Origin: Phoronis australis
Taxonomy: Eukaryota > Animalia > Phoronida
Length of the DNA: 64,000 nt
Assembly: GCA_002633005.1 (NCBI GenBank)
Contig: NMRA01000420.1
Location: forward strand, 62,001 to 126,000
Direction of reading: 5' to 3'
The notes under the pieces: model-generated
What the model saw: the letters and a program-made list of their open reading frames with translations, nothing else
What the model was told of the DNA's origin: nothing
Database searches by the model: none
Program-made: the position numbers and the translations under genes
Shown: positions 38,669 through 50,803 of the stretch, one piece after another
How the letters are laid out: every line of letters begins with the position of its first letter
Numbering within the stretch: the stretch's first letter is position 1

Positions 38669-38935
38669 ATGGGCGAGTTGAGTTACCGAAGTTGTACAAA
38701 AGGTCCTGTTTTGTTCCTTCTATTGGGATTTGGTGGACTGTGCCTTTTAACTCTGGCTATCGTTGGGACAGTATATGGTGCCGTTTGTATCAGTCAGAAA
38801 GAACGTATGGATAACCCCCAGATGTGTTACAGATTATACAGCGATGAAGGCGCTGTCTTGTTACTACTGTCCGGAATCTTCTCCTGGCTTATATTGATTC
38901 TAGGACCCATACTCTTCTGCATGTGTCGAGACTAA
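38669..38935 (+). CDS. Uncharacterised small two-TM membrane protein B (88 aa), probable paralog of A
   Basis: Acceptor tttgtttgtag| (exon starts 38642), ATG 27 nt later in ACTATGG context. MGELSYRSCTKGPVLFLLLGFGGLCLLTLAIVGTVYGAVCISQKERMDNPQMCYRLYSDEGAVLLLLSGIFSWLILILGPILFCMCRD: two TM helices, Cys-bounded loop, juxtamembrane cysteines. Confidence 0.7.
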   Translation: MGELSYRSCTKGPVLFLLLGFGGLCLLTLAIVGTVYGAVCISQKERMDNPQMCYRLYSDEGAVLLLLSGIFSWLILILGPILFCMCRD

Positions 38936-41900
38936 CTGGAATTATACAGTAACCAGCATGTACATTGTTGTATTTTGTAAGATGAAGAATTCCTTAATTC
39001 AAGACAGTCTGCTAATTGGGCTACTCCAAATTCTCTAGGCAGTGCTAATGACAGTAAAGCCGACTCTAGTAATGCATGTTTTCAAGTCACATGTGTCCCA
39101 TCTTATCTCATCGGTACGCATGCTATATTACATTCCATAGAGCAAGTCTTCACAGCATGTTACTATGTGTTGCCTAGGGTAGTATCACAGCGGAAACTAG
39201 ACGGCTCTGATCTATTCTGTCTCGTAGACATGACGTCAACTAGCTTCACGACAAAGGCTGGCTCTCCCAAGCACACAGGTTGTTCCTTTCATCACAATAA
39301 TGTCCCCTGGGCAATGACAACATATTTGTAATCTCATTGTCTTCATACATTGCGTTGGTGTTAGTTCGTAGTATATATGCGCAGCTCTCAAGTGACACCT
39401 ATCAGTTTAGTCAATTCCCATTACTTTCCAAATAATTAAATCAATGCAGTCAAGAACCTGCTTGTATTTTCCACTTGCACGAACCCGATTGTGACTGGCT
39501 AGGCTATGCATAACCAGTGAAGTAGGTGATCAGACTAAGGATTCACTCGTGACAGCCATGGGTTTTTAACCTGGCCCTCACAAAGTCTTTCAATTTTCAA
39601 TCTATTCAGAACAAGTGCTGTTTCTCCATGATGCATAAGCACCACCTATTGGACACCCAGTTGCCCAATGGGAACACTGATAGTTCTCAACTAAATTTTA
39701 AGTATTTTCGTTCAGTGAGAGGAGTTTATGTGAAAGTATTTTTATAGTCAGACACCACTATGCATTCTTAAAGTGTGATTGGGTGGGCACATCCTGGGTT
39801 CACAGCTAGTTTGATCATTATGTTGGGACACACCTGTATCCCAGTAGTGAATCTTGTCTTCAGAATTTAAGTTCGGAAAGGGGCAAATTCTTGGGTTTTC
39901 AACAAATACCTGATTATGTCCTGCACATAGTAATTTTTTTCATGCTAAACTCTCTCAAAATTGTTTTATGCTAGTTTGAAGACTTCAGTTTTTCACCCTC
40001 TGCAAATCTTACACAATCTCGCTTTATAAATGGCATGTTATTGCTTGTTTTACAATCATTAGCATGGCCCCCTATTGCTGTCCAAAATTTTAGATTTTTT
40101 ATTGTAATTGTAAATAGAAAACCGGTAATATATGCCTGGTGTGTGTGTTGAATGTCAAAGTAACTTTCCTTGTTCGAATAGTCTTTAAAATGCCACATTT
40201 TGAGTGTTATTTGAATTCAGAACTGATGATTTTCTAGAGTGCATCCATTGAAAATGTACTGATATTATGGTTCTTTATAAAAATTAATCGCGAAAGTTTT
40301 GTATAGTTATTTTGTAAGCAGAGCATTGGTTTACAGTTAGCATGAATCCACTGGAATTTTATATTTGTAAGAAATTTTAGGTGTTTTTATGGTTACATTC
40401 CTGGTTCTTTGTCGGTTTACTAAAGTTGTACATATCAAATATAAGTTTCAGTATGAAATGTAATTTTGTATTAACAGATAGGGAAATGCTGAGAAATTTG
40501 TTGGTCTAGCTATCACTGTTTTTGTATATTGTTGACGGATGAATGAGGGAGTACTTGTAAATACTTTATTCTCAAAATTAGAATATGCGATGCTTTGAGG
40601 TTCATAACTGTTCTTAGATTGTTAGACTTGATCAGCATTATTATAATTTTAAAGCTCAGGAGAAATTGTAGTTTTTTTTGTAAAAAGCTCCATAATCCCA
40701 TCCGCCAGTTGACGTTGTCGAATCAAACGGCAAAGTTTACTTGAGGTTTTCCATTATTGGCAAACATTGGAGTAATTGCTTTGTGATGTTGTTGTTTTGC
40801 AGCGACCTCTGCCGAGAACGTTGATCGTACAAACTGGGACACCAATTCAGCAGCTCCCACTGGTCAATGCTCCCTTAAAAACTGGGACATCAACGTTAAG
40901 GGGAAGTCCCTAGGGTTTTCTGTAAAATTGAATGGCACAATAGTTTTCAGAGATATTTGAAACAGAAAAAGTGTCTGATTCAGCTTCTAATTAGAGTGAA
41001 ACCTGGGTTCCCTGGTTGTCAAAAGTTTGTGTGGTGTATTGCATTTGCCTTGGTCATGAATATTTAGCAACTAGGTAAAGGTTTTTACACTATACATTTT
41101 TTCTCTTTTGTAAGTATAATAATATATTTCTTGGTATTCTGCAGTTCAAATGCTTAAGAGTTAGCAGCAAGGTGCTATGTCACAATAGGGAGAAATGAAA
41201 TTGGATTTTCATCACCTGCCGAAAATTTGGGTTGCTGAAGGTTTCCTCTATTGACAATATGTATGGAAATCTTATGGTCTGTTTGAGCTTGTCCACTACA
41301 TCCTGTATAATTAAACATTCCATGAAAAATTACGTCCTTGTTTCTCATGGTCAATGGCTAACCGTTAATCATTTGATTGGTCTGGACAGAACTGGGTGTA
41401 GGGGGTGGGGTAGGGGGTGGCGTGTACACAGCCAGAAATCACAATAGGCAGCAATGGAGCGCCTTGGGAGAAAAAAAACCTAACCTGATTCAAAGTGAAA
41501 AATCTGAAAAAGTAACTCATTACTCTAATGCTGTCATGAAATGACGAAATCAAGAGTTTTCTTAAGCAACAAACAAGTGAAATATTTCAATCCCCTCGGT
41601 GGGAAAACCATATTTTATCGAAATTGCTAGGGTGAAAAAAGAAAGGATTTGTTATGGACCAAAACGGCTGAAAAGGGAACTGTTACGTGCCTGTAGCGAG
41701 CAAAAGGGACCCTTTCACTTGTTATCTATTGTTAAAACTTAGAACAGCGTACCAAATGTTTGTCTGGACTATGTTAAGACAGCAGTGCTTGGCTTTCTAA
41801 TTCATGGGCCCCAAGTGTAAGGTCCCACGAGACTGAGAAGTGTACGCCACCTTGAAGTCAATCGACGGATGAGAATCGCGCCAACAGAAAACGAATTACT

Positions 41901-41969
41901 AAAAATATAAATATTTATTGTTTACAGGCAATAACAACTAAATATAATACATAATGCATTCTATCACAG

Positions 41970-42205
41970 GGCCTTGTTCCAAGCAGCAGACTTAAGTTCA
42001 TTTTTGACTTAAGTTTAAGATTTGTCTTAACTTCCAAACTTTGAAACTTCCACATTCGGTAAGTAGGTCAAAATTAAGACAAACACTTAAAACAAACTTA
42101 AGATCTCTTTCTTGAATTGGTTTTGAGACAAATTTAACTTTTATTTTAAAATTTACAAAAATTTAAGATTTGGATTAGCTAAGTCAGTTTTGTTGGAACG
42201 AGCAA
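41970..42205. mobile_element. PIF/Harbinger-type MITE, second family, copy 1
   Basis: GGCCTTGTTCCAA...TTGGAACGAGCAA termini flanked by CAG; homologous to 44395-44590. Confidence 0.7.
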
Positions 42206-42573
42206 CAGAATAATAGAAAATTATCTGGAGTTCATAGTGAAGTGGGACAGGAAATGTAAAAGTGTTTTCAATTTCGATTTCAAGTAAAAACTATTAGACC
42301 CTGGGACGAGGCTCGATAAGTTGGCTTGTGACGGCGTGTCATTTTATGCGCAAAACACGGTCCACCAAGTGCTGCTGAGTAAGATAAGGTGCGAGTTGAC
42401 ATTTGACAGCCAAAGATGAGATTATAACCGCTTCATAAGTATAATTTATCTATTCAAACGCAGTGGCCGTGGACAAAAACTTCAAATTGGTGACAGCACT
42501 GGTAAGAGATTTATTGTGAGTTCGAGAGACGCAGATGTTTGCTTGAACTGTGAACTGTGTGCCTATCTGTACT

Positions 42574-42679
42574 CAGGGGTGGATCCAGGATTTAGAGTGG
42601 GGGGGGGCAGGGCAGAGTATTAGCCAGGATTTTGCCAGTCAGACATTCGCACCCCCGAACTTAATGTCATCTGCCACTG
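42574..42679. mobile_element. Short MITE with 5-bp TSD (hAT5-like)
   Basis: CAGGGGTGGAT...ATCTGCCACTG termini flanked by GTACT on both sides; related ends near 125-388 and 25909. Confidence 0.65.
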
Positions 42680-43495
42680 GTACTAGACGTACATGTTCGC
42701 TTGTACTGTGAGTCATGAGCCCGCCTGCTCGGCGAGAAAAGTAATTTCACCAATGAGCCGAAGCGCGGAATCCTTGCTCCTGCGTCATAGAATGAGCCAA
42801 GCGCACTGCTGAGTCAAATCTAGTACGCGTTGAACAGTCCAAACACCGACCTTGGTTTCAGCTAATGCATCACAGACAAAGGCGAAAATAGGCGATTTTT
42901 AACCAAAATCCCAAAAAACGTGTTATGGTTTTAAAGCTCCAGTCAAACCTGATAACTTTAAAAAGCCGATCGCATCTAATAATAATCTTCAGGATGTGTT
43001 AGTCTGCTATAAAACTGACGTTCTCCGATGGTTTTGAGCGACCTCTGTTATCGACAAGTCTCTGCACTTAGCCAAACATGTACAAAACTAATAGCAATTA
43101 TTTGGCAAAAGTACAATGTTCCTGAAGTAGAAAGCTTGTAGGCTTTGATTTTTGATGATTTTATCTTTTTAGAGCATTTAATAAAAAATGCGAATTCACA
43201 TGAAAACAACGGTATCAATACGATGCCAATAGTAATTCATGTGATATACTGTTAATGTTCATGATGAAATCTCATGAACGCCGATACTTTTCTAAAGTAT
43301 CATTACGTTGTTGTTTTATGCAACTTTTGATTTTTTCATAAAAATCACAAAAATACTTTTTTGATAGCCTATCATTCAAAACTAAAACTTTTTAAAAATT
43401 GTTCCTAGCAGTGTTTTGGTGAGTGCAGTGGTGTTTGAATCCGATCAGTCATTGCTGAGATATGACGTTTCGAAATTATTTCTTCTAGATCCCTG

Positions 43496-43920
43496 TGCCC
43501 GGTTGCACGAAGCAGTCCCAAATAGGTACTCAACTAACTTCCCAAATCTTTTGTGAATTTGTTTCGTTCTTTACTCACAGATGTAGTATTTTTTTCTACC
43601 ATTTTATCTTTATTATGAGCTGCTCTATGACTAATGACATTTTCTAATAATATAACTAAAATTGAGTCCTTAATTACGTCAAAATAAATTAGGGACTTAG
43701 TGCTTAAATTAGGGCCGTTGCACGAAAAGATCCCTGCTTATTTCCAATAATATTGACAATTCAACGTAGACTTCACGCGCGATTTATATCAAGGTCGCAA
43801 ACTGACTTAGTTATCAGACTCGCACACACCATAAAAAGACGATCAGTGAATTTACAAATACGCAGTTGATTTAGGGAACTTAGTTGAGTCCCCGTTGGGA
43901 CTGTTTCATGCAACCGGGCA
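43496..43920. mobile_element. PIF/Harbinger-type MITE
   Basis: Imperfect TIRs of about 45-50 bp, TGCCCGGTTGCACGAAGCAGTCCCAA... / ...TTGGGACTGTTTCATGCAACCGGGCA, with 3-bp TSD CTG (CWG target). Confidence 0.85.
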
Positions 43921-44394
43921 CTGATTTCCACATATTAGTGTATGCAACTGGTATTTGTTTCTAAGCTCTCCTTGGCGCATAGCGGAGACAAAAATTCAGA
44001 ACAACGACACGAAGAGCCTACAGATAAGCGTATATGTTGGCCAACAGAGGCATACTCGGAATGCGGAGCCAGAGTCTCGTTGTGAAGGACAATCTTAATT
44101 TCTTGTTCGAGCAAATTAGTCTACATGTATTTTGTCGATGTATAATGTATCTTCTAGTTCTTCTCGTTACTTTATAGCCGCCATTTTCCGTCATCAAACC
44201 TTTCCTCTTACGTACTGCCCTGCCATCTGTCGGCAACATTCTCAACCGTTTCACAACAACAGCACAAACTTCACAACATTTATCCTATCGTCACGAGTTC
44301 TGGCGAAGTTGGCCACAAAATTAATTATTTTTTGCTGCCATCGAGTTTTTTGCTTTCCTAAACGTTCTTGCATTGCGGACAAACACGAATCCAG

Positions 44395-44590
44395 GGGCCC
44401 GTTCCAAGAAACTGACTTAAGTTCGTTTTTTGTCTTAGTCTAAGATTTGTCTCAACTTCCAAAGGTTGAAACTTTCACATCCAGTAACTTAGTCAACATT
44501 AAGACAAAACTTCAATCAAACTAAAGATATCTTTCTTGACACAATCTTGACAGAAATTTAGGATTTATCTTGAAATTTACTAAAATTTGT
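44395..44590. mobile_element. PIF/Harbinger-type MITE, second family, truncated copy 2
   Basis: cag|GGGCCCGTTCCAAGAAACTGACTTAAGTTC... aligns along its length with 41970-42160; right end not seen. Confidence 0.65.
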
Positions 44591-44892
44591 TTTTACAAGT
44601 TTGCCTGCCACGTGCATAATGACGTGTCGCTTTATATGCCCCGAGCATGATCTTTTCGCAAACCTAAAATCACATTCGAAAAAGGAAAAAAATGAGACCA
44701 GTGTTGTAGCGATAAGAGGCCTGAATCAATATTTCGTTTCCTTGATGGAAGTGGGATTCAGAATTAATATTTAAAGTGAATTCAAGGACTCCGAACGCCA
44801 CGGCTTTATAAACGCTTCAAAAGAAATCATCTATAAGCTTTATGTGAGTGATTTCGTTTTGGATGATGACTAGATCGGTTACTGATAAGAGT

Positions 44893-45510
44893 NNNNNNNN
44901 NNNNNNNNNNNNNNNNNNNNNNNNNNNNNNNNNNNNNNNNNNNNNNNNNNNNNNNNNNNNNNNNNNNNNNNNNNNNNNNNNNNNNNNNNNNNNNNNNNNN
45001 NNNNNNNNNNNNNNNNNNNNNNNNNNNNNNNNNNNNNNNNNNNNNNNNNNNNNNNNNNNNNNNNNNNNNNNNNNNNNNNNNNNNNNNNNNNNNNNNNNNN
45101 NNNNNNNNNNNNNNNNNNNNNNNNNNNNNNNNNNNNNNNNNNNNNNNNNNNNNNNNNNNNNNNNNNNNNNNNNNNNNNNNNNNNNNNNNNNNNNNNNNNN
45201 NNNNNNNNNNNNNNNNNNNNNNNNNNNNNNNNNNNNNNNNNNNNNNNNNNNNNNNNNNNNNNNNNNNNNNNNNNNNNNNNNNNNNNNNNNNNNNNNNNNN
45301 NNNNNNNNNNNNNNNNNNNNNNNNNNNNNNNNNNNNNNNNNNNNNNNNNNNNNNNNNNNNNNNNNNNNNNNNNNNNNNNNNNNNNNNNNNNNNNNNNNNN
45401 NNNNNNNNNNNNNNNNNNNNNNNNNNNNNNNNNNNNNNNNNNNNNNNNNNNNNNNNNNNNNNNNNNNNNNNNNNNNNNNNNNNNNNNNNNNNNNNNNNNN
45501 NNNNNNNNNN
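44893..45510. other. Assembly gap (618 N)
   Basis: Run of N. Confidence 1.
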
Positions 45511-48500
45511 TTTTTTGTTAAAAATGTCAATAATAAAACGGAACTTATATTATATTGTCTTTGTTACTTGGTTTTTCTCGATAAAACTCGTGCAACTTGT
45601 CTGTAGGCGAATTTCTTGGTGAATATTTAGTTAACTTGAGATCATTCAAAAACATTTTCAAAAATGAAAGTCAAAAATATCATTTCGACTTTCGAGTGCC
45701 ATTTTTGGCTAATTCCTTTAAATATCTTTACAATTGGCCGTATTTTAGGGTTCGTCAATTTACTTGTCGATAGTATATTATTTCCTGCACAATCAACTCC
45801 CGGATTTCAGTTGAAATGGACCGCAAGAATTATTCACTCAAAAGACTTGTACCGTCACCAATTTCACCGTTCTTGCCCTCAAAAAGGTGTACTTCAACTC
45901 CTCGTCGGTCATAAAAACGGAATTTGGAATCGGAATTTTCGAACTCAACGCACCCCCACTCTATTTTCTTGAGATAAAGAGAGCAACGTGACAGAAAGTG
46001 CAGGGGTGGTGTTCCGTGTTTCCGCGGTCCCGGATGTCCTGTCCGATTCCCTGGGTTCTTGTTTTAAAGGTCGGGATTCGTGCTTTTTGGAATGGTTAGA
46101 TGTTTTGAAGGTTCGGGAATCTATTTTCGACTCCAGGATATTTGTTTTACACCGGGGTTCCAATTTCGATGGAACACCTTGATGTTAACACATTTTGCTC
46201 AAGATTGACGGCTGTCAGTTTTCAGCAAATAAAAAGTCAAATTCTATAATTGCTTTCCTGAAAATGGCAACTTCTGTCTTAATTTTTTAATAAAACAAAT
46301 AGTACATCCTAGCGTACTTAAGTTTCGCTGAAAAATGAACGCATTTTATTAGCAATTTCCGCGAATGTAATGTAATGAAAGTATCGTGCGGTGAGTCAAC
46401 GGACACCATCCTATTTCTTAGTTTATTCAAAAGAGGGCGCAACAAATGATCACTTCATCACCGACATTCCCTTGGTGGTTATCGGCAAACAGTTCACATA
46501 TTTTTTTAGTAATAAGATTATTTATCCAGAAAAACCTCGCTACAAAATTCGCCCATTTGCATTTCGAATCAACTGTTGAGTCAAAACACAGCTCTCGTGA
46601 AAATACACAAAGAGAATGATTTAAAAATAAAGCCAACGAAACAACAAAAATGAAACCTCAGGGCTGCGTTTCGTAGACGTACGAATCTCGCGAAAAAATT
46701 TTCAAGAAAGTCTTTGCATACATTGCAAGAATATCATGTGATAACACTAGCGTCACTCAGTAGTGCCTTTTATCGACGATACCTAACCTTGACGTTGTTC
46801 CACGGTACCGTTCCCGTTGTTGTAATCGCAGTTGGTAACAATGATCACCAGTCCCCGGTACGTTCCATTGGAACGAATTGACAAAACTCGATAACAGTAT
46901 TTCGTAACAGATATTTTTATATACATGCTATTGGGTCTTCTACATTCGCTCTCGTCAGTGAAAGAATGAACGTTATTATTGCAAAAGTCCGCTATTTCGT
47001 TTTTTTTCTTGTTTCTTCCGCCAGGACTCGGCAACTCTCGTTTTAAGTATACCCTTTCCTACACATGAACAATGAGGTTTAAAACAAGCCAACTTTCTTA
47101 AAAAGCATTTTATTTTTTGATGCTCCTTCAAGATGGCAACGTTTTTTTTTGAAATTAACAAAGTTTGATAGATTTTTTTTTAAATTCCGGTGGTGCACTA
47201 CAGAGCTGCGAAATTGATTTGTAACAAAAACTTCGTTAGCACACTATCCAAGACTCTAACATAAAATCTACTTTGTGCAATATGACACGCGCTGAAGAGG
47301 GATTATACAACTTCTAAGATGTCATCTAGAATATTCCTTTATTCCTTCACCATCGCTACTGTCGTTCAGGTGTGCAAATTTATTACGTAACTGTCTCAAG
47401 TATTGGGTTCTGTCACGCAAAAGCAATATGAATAGGCGCTAACAAAGACAGTAATGTTTTTATGTTATTGCAGCAACTGTCGATTTATTTGGGCGGGTTG
47501 CATTTTGGCATAAAGCCTGGGTATATTTTCAGGCATAAAATAAACTTGATAATCGGCACAGCCACCTTCAACGTTTACGTTTTATTGTATTCACCAAAAA
47601 TTTTAGGAGAGATCTGAAACACGACTTAAATATCCACACAGCTCATATTCCATAAAAACTGCATCGACAGTAGCTTTCTATGTATCGGAATTTTGGGTTG
47701 AATATTTGAAAGTAAAAGTGAGTTCGGTTATCAGAATCCTCGCCACTCGTCTGCTATGTGTGATTAAGACTTTTTGTTCATAGGCTTGACGAAGTAACAT
47801 TAAATATGATATGAAATAATAACAACTCAAATCTTCCTTAGACGATTTGGATGAAAAGCGTTTGGTTCCAGATAGGAAGGAACTCTGCACGAATTGTCGC
47901 GAAATGGTCCCTCTTTTTCACACCATTTCCGGTAACAAAATGCGAGTGACGCACAACAGTTACCATTCTCAGGCAAAACTGTCAAAATCAAATGACCAAT
48001 TTTTGCAAACGAATTACTTAACACGTGATCTGAGGAATGTCGAGCGCGGTGACACAGAGTCGGCTATTGGCTAAATTCTGACATGTTTCACACTTGAGCT
48101 AGCCACTCTCAACTATAATAAGGAAAAACTACTCATTAGAGATTCAATAAGTAATCATTACACATGTCCTGTCACAAAGCTGCTATTGTCTGCAGCATAG
48201 TGTAAAGACGTTAGGCAAAATATTACTGACAACGGCATAGAACTCTAACAATCCAAATCTTTTGTTAAGTAAATATAGAGCCAGTGAAATTAGCCAAATC
48301 CCTCGCCGGGCTTATTAAACCGTAGGCGGTGGCTTCTGAGAAGCGATGGGGAGGAGCTAAAATGTTTGTCATATTTGTCTTGGATATGGGATGGATAACC
48401 ATTTAAAGCTTCCATGCTTTCGTTAACTTTTAAAACATCATTTATTCTCAAAAGCAAAGAAATGAAAAGCAGTAGCATACTTCGATTTGACTAATATTCT

Positions 48501-48544
48501 ACACCCTTTCGATTTTCTCTCCTGCCAAACAAGGAAATGAGGGC

Positions 48545-48720
48545 AGAGACTATTGGCTGACGTCACCCGTGAATTGTTAAGATAATGAGCCTCTTTAGGA
48601 TGATTGACAGGTTGCGTCATATGTCAACGGGCATAATAAGCTGTCAGACAAGTGTCATACTTTAAAGGTGTTAGGATGGTCAATATATCTGGTCGACATA
48701 TCTTCAATGACTCAGTTGGC
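48545..48720 (+). promoter_or_regulatory. Putative Frizzled 5/8 proximal and core promoter
   Basis: ATTGG, palindromic CRE TGACGTCA (near 48557), PBX-MEIS/PREP decamer TGATTGACAG (48601-48610), TATA-like AATATATC (48682-48689) about 30 nt before an Inr-like TCAGTT (48712-48717). Confidence 0.5.
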
Positions 48721-49078
48721 GCTCGTTACGACTGCAGAGAGAGCATTTTCGGCGCGACACATTAAAAAAAAAAAAATCTTTAACCATGTCGGTTGAATCT
48801 GACCCGGCATTAGCACCGCATCTTTAATCCTCTTGCACGAACGGCGATATAAGAAGCTTACACAGTCCGTTGTTGGCAAACAACATTTAAGCTAAAGCTT
48901 TTGTGTCCGCGTAAATTTTAAGCAGCGAGTAGAGACCTCCATCACCGTCCAAGAAGTGGAGAGACACTGCTACGGTAAGCACGTTTTCCCTTCTGTAACA
49001 ACAGCTCAGGAGAGAAGACCCTATCGACGCTCGTAATACATAGGATTGGGACAGTGGCGCGAGCCACGAGAGACAACT

Positions 49079-50803
49079 ATGTCGTCTGCGGGACTGGTAA
49101 AATTGCACTGTTTTGTGGCACTAGTCAACATGGTAACATATTTACAAGTGGGCAGCTCGGATAAACCTCGCCAATGTCAAGAGATCAACATACCCATGTG
49201 TAAAGGCATCGGATATAACTTGACTTACATGCCGAATCAGTTCAATCATTATTCTCAAGAGGAAGCTGGTCTTGAAGTTCACCAGTTTTGGCCCTTGGTG
49301 GAGATCCAGTGTTCACCGGACTTGAAGTTTTTTCTGTGCAGCATGTACGCACCCATATGTATGCATAATTACCACAAGCCCCTGCCTGCCTGCCGTTCAG
49401 TGTGCGAGAGGGCCAAGTCGGGCTGCGCGCCGCTGATGCGCCAATACGGGTTTATCTGGCCTGAGCGGATGCGATGTGACTTGTTACCGGAATACGGCGA
49501 CAAAAATAATCTGTGCATGGATTCAAACACCACTGCCAAAGCAACAAAACCGCCTCGTCCGACAAAGCAGTTGACAGTCACTCATCCTCCTAAAAAAGAC
49601 AGTGGTGGAAGGGTCCCTAAGTATAATACTCCCAGCCCAAAAGTGACAACGAGGCCATCTCCCATTGCACCAAAAAGAGACTGCGACTGTAGATGCCGAA
49701 TGATACAAATCGTTGATGAATCGAGCGCATTCTACAACAAAGTAGTTACCGGCGGATTTAGGCACTGTGCGATGAATTGTACCGGAGTGTTTTTTAATGG
49801 CGACGAAAAAACATTTGCCAGTTTCTGGATCGGATTGTGGAGCATTCTGTGCTGTGTCAGTACTGCCATGACTGTTTGTACATTCTTAATCGACATGCAC
49901 AGATTCAAGTACCCCGAGCGACCCATCATCTTTCTCAGTGGCTGTTATCTCATGGTTAGCATTGGCTACATAATCCGCCTCATTATGGGACACCACACTG
50001 TGGCGTGCGGGGCCCCTTACATCCGCTACGACACGACAGGTCCAGCAGTGTGTACTGTAGTGTTTCTACTCATTTACTTCTTCGGAATGGCGTCGTCGAT
50101 TTGGTGGGTTATTCTGACCCTCACGTGGTTCCTATCGGCGGGACTCAAGTGGGGACAGGAGGCTATCGCCAACTACTCGCAATATTTCCACGTCGCAGCT
50201 TGGTTAATTCCGTCTGTCAAAAGTATCGCCGTACTTGCCTTGTCCAGTGTGGACGGAGACCCTGTCGCGGGCATATGTTACGTGGGAAATCAGAATCTAG
50301 ACAATTTAAGAGGATTTGTACTGGCTCCTTTGTTTGTATACTTGATAGTCGGCACGAGTTTCTTGCTCATGGGTTTCGTGTCGTTGTTTCGCATTCGGAA
50401 TGTCATAAAACAACAGGGACACGCAAAAACGGACAAACTTGAAAAACTAATGATACGCATTGGAATATTCTCTGTTTTGTACACTGTGCCCGCAACCATA
50501 GTTATCGCTTGTTATTTTTATGAACAACATTTTAGAGTGCGATGGGAAAGGCACTATAACTGTCCGTGTGGACCGGATAAAGTTAAACCGGACTACTCAG
50601 TTTTTATGCTGAAATATTTTATGTGTTTAGTCGTGGGAATCACTTCCGGCTTCTGGATATGGTCGGGAAAGACGTTGGAATCATGGAAAAAATTCACTGC
50701 CAAAATCTGTCGAAGGAAGTCAGCAGGAAACGACAACAGGACAGCAAAATACACAAACCCCAGCTATCAGGCTAGTAAGCAACTGTCTCTAAGCCACGTT
50801 TGA
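49079..50803 (+). CDS. FZD5/8: Frizzled 5/8 Wnt receptor, single coding exon, 574 aa
   Basis: Signal peptide; CRD (CQEINIPMCKGIGYNLTYMPNQFNH...EAGLEVHQFWPLVEIQCSPDLKFFLCSMYAPIC); seven TM helices; KTxxxW motif (KTLESW); C-terminal PDZ ligand LSHV as in FZD5. First ATG is at 49079 (the track starts at an upstream TTG). Confidence 0.98.
   Translation: MSSAGLVKLHCFVALVNMVTYLQVGSSDKPRQCQEINIPMCKGIGYNLTYMPNQFNHYSQEEAGLEVHQFWPLVEIQCSPDLKFFLCSMYAPICMHNYHKPLPACRSVCERAKSGCAPLMRQYGFIWPERMRCDLLPEYGDKNNLCMDSNTTAKATKPPRPTKQLTVTHPPKKDSGGRVPKYNTPSPKVTTRPSPIAPKRDCDCRCRMIQIVDESSAFYNKVVTGGFRHCAMNCTGVFFNGDEKTFASFWIGLWSILCCVSTAMTVCTFLIDMHRFKYPERPIIFLSGCYLMVSIGYIIRLIMGHHTVACGAPYIRYDTTGPAVCTVVFLLIYFFGMASSIWWVILTLTWFLSAGLKWGQEAIANYSQYFHVAAWLIPSVKSIAVLALSSVDGDPVAGICYVGNQNLDNLRGFVLAPLFVYLIVGTSFLLMGFVSLFRIRNVIKQQGHAKTDKLEKLMIRIGIFSVLYTVPATIVIACYFYEQHFRVRWERHYNCPCGPDKVKPDYSVFMLKYFMCLVVGITSGFWIWSGKTLESWKKFTAKICRRKSAGNDNRTAKYTNPSYQASKQLSLSHV

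Noticed and set aside
44817-45606. Two long ORFs (237 and 252 aa)
   Set aside because: They consist of the N gap.
49046-49078. 11-aa N-terminal extension of Frizzled
   Set aside because: TTG start from the ORF caller; the first ATG (49079) directly precedes the signal peptide.
49369-50499. Overlapping and antisense ORFs within Frizzled
   Set aside because: Expected shadows of a GC-richer coding sequence, with no independent support.
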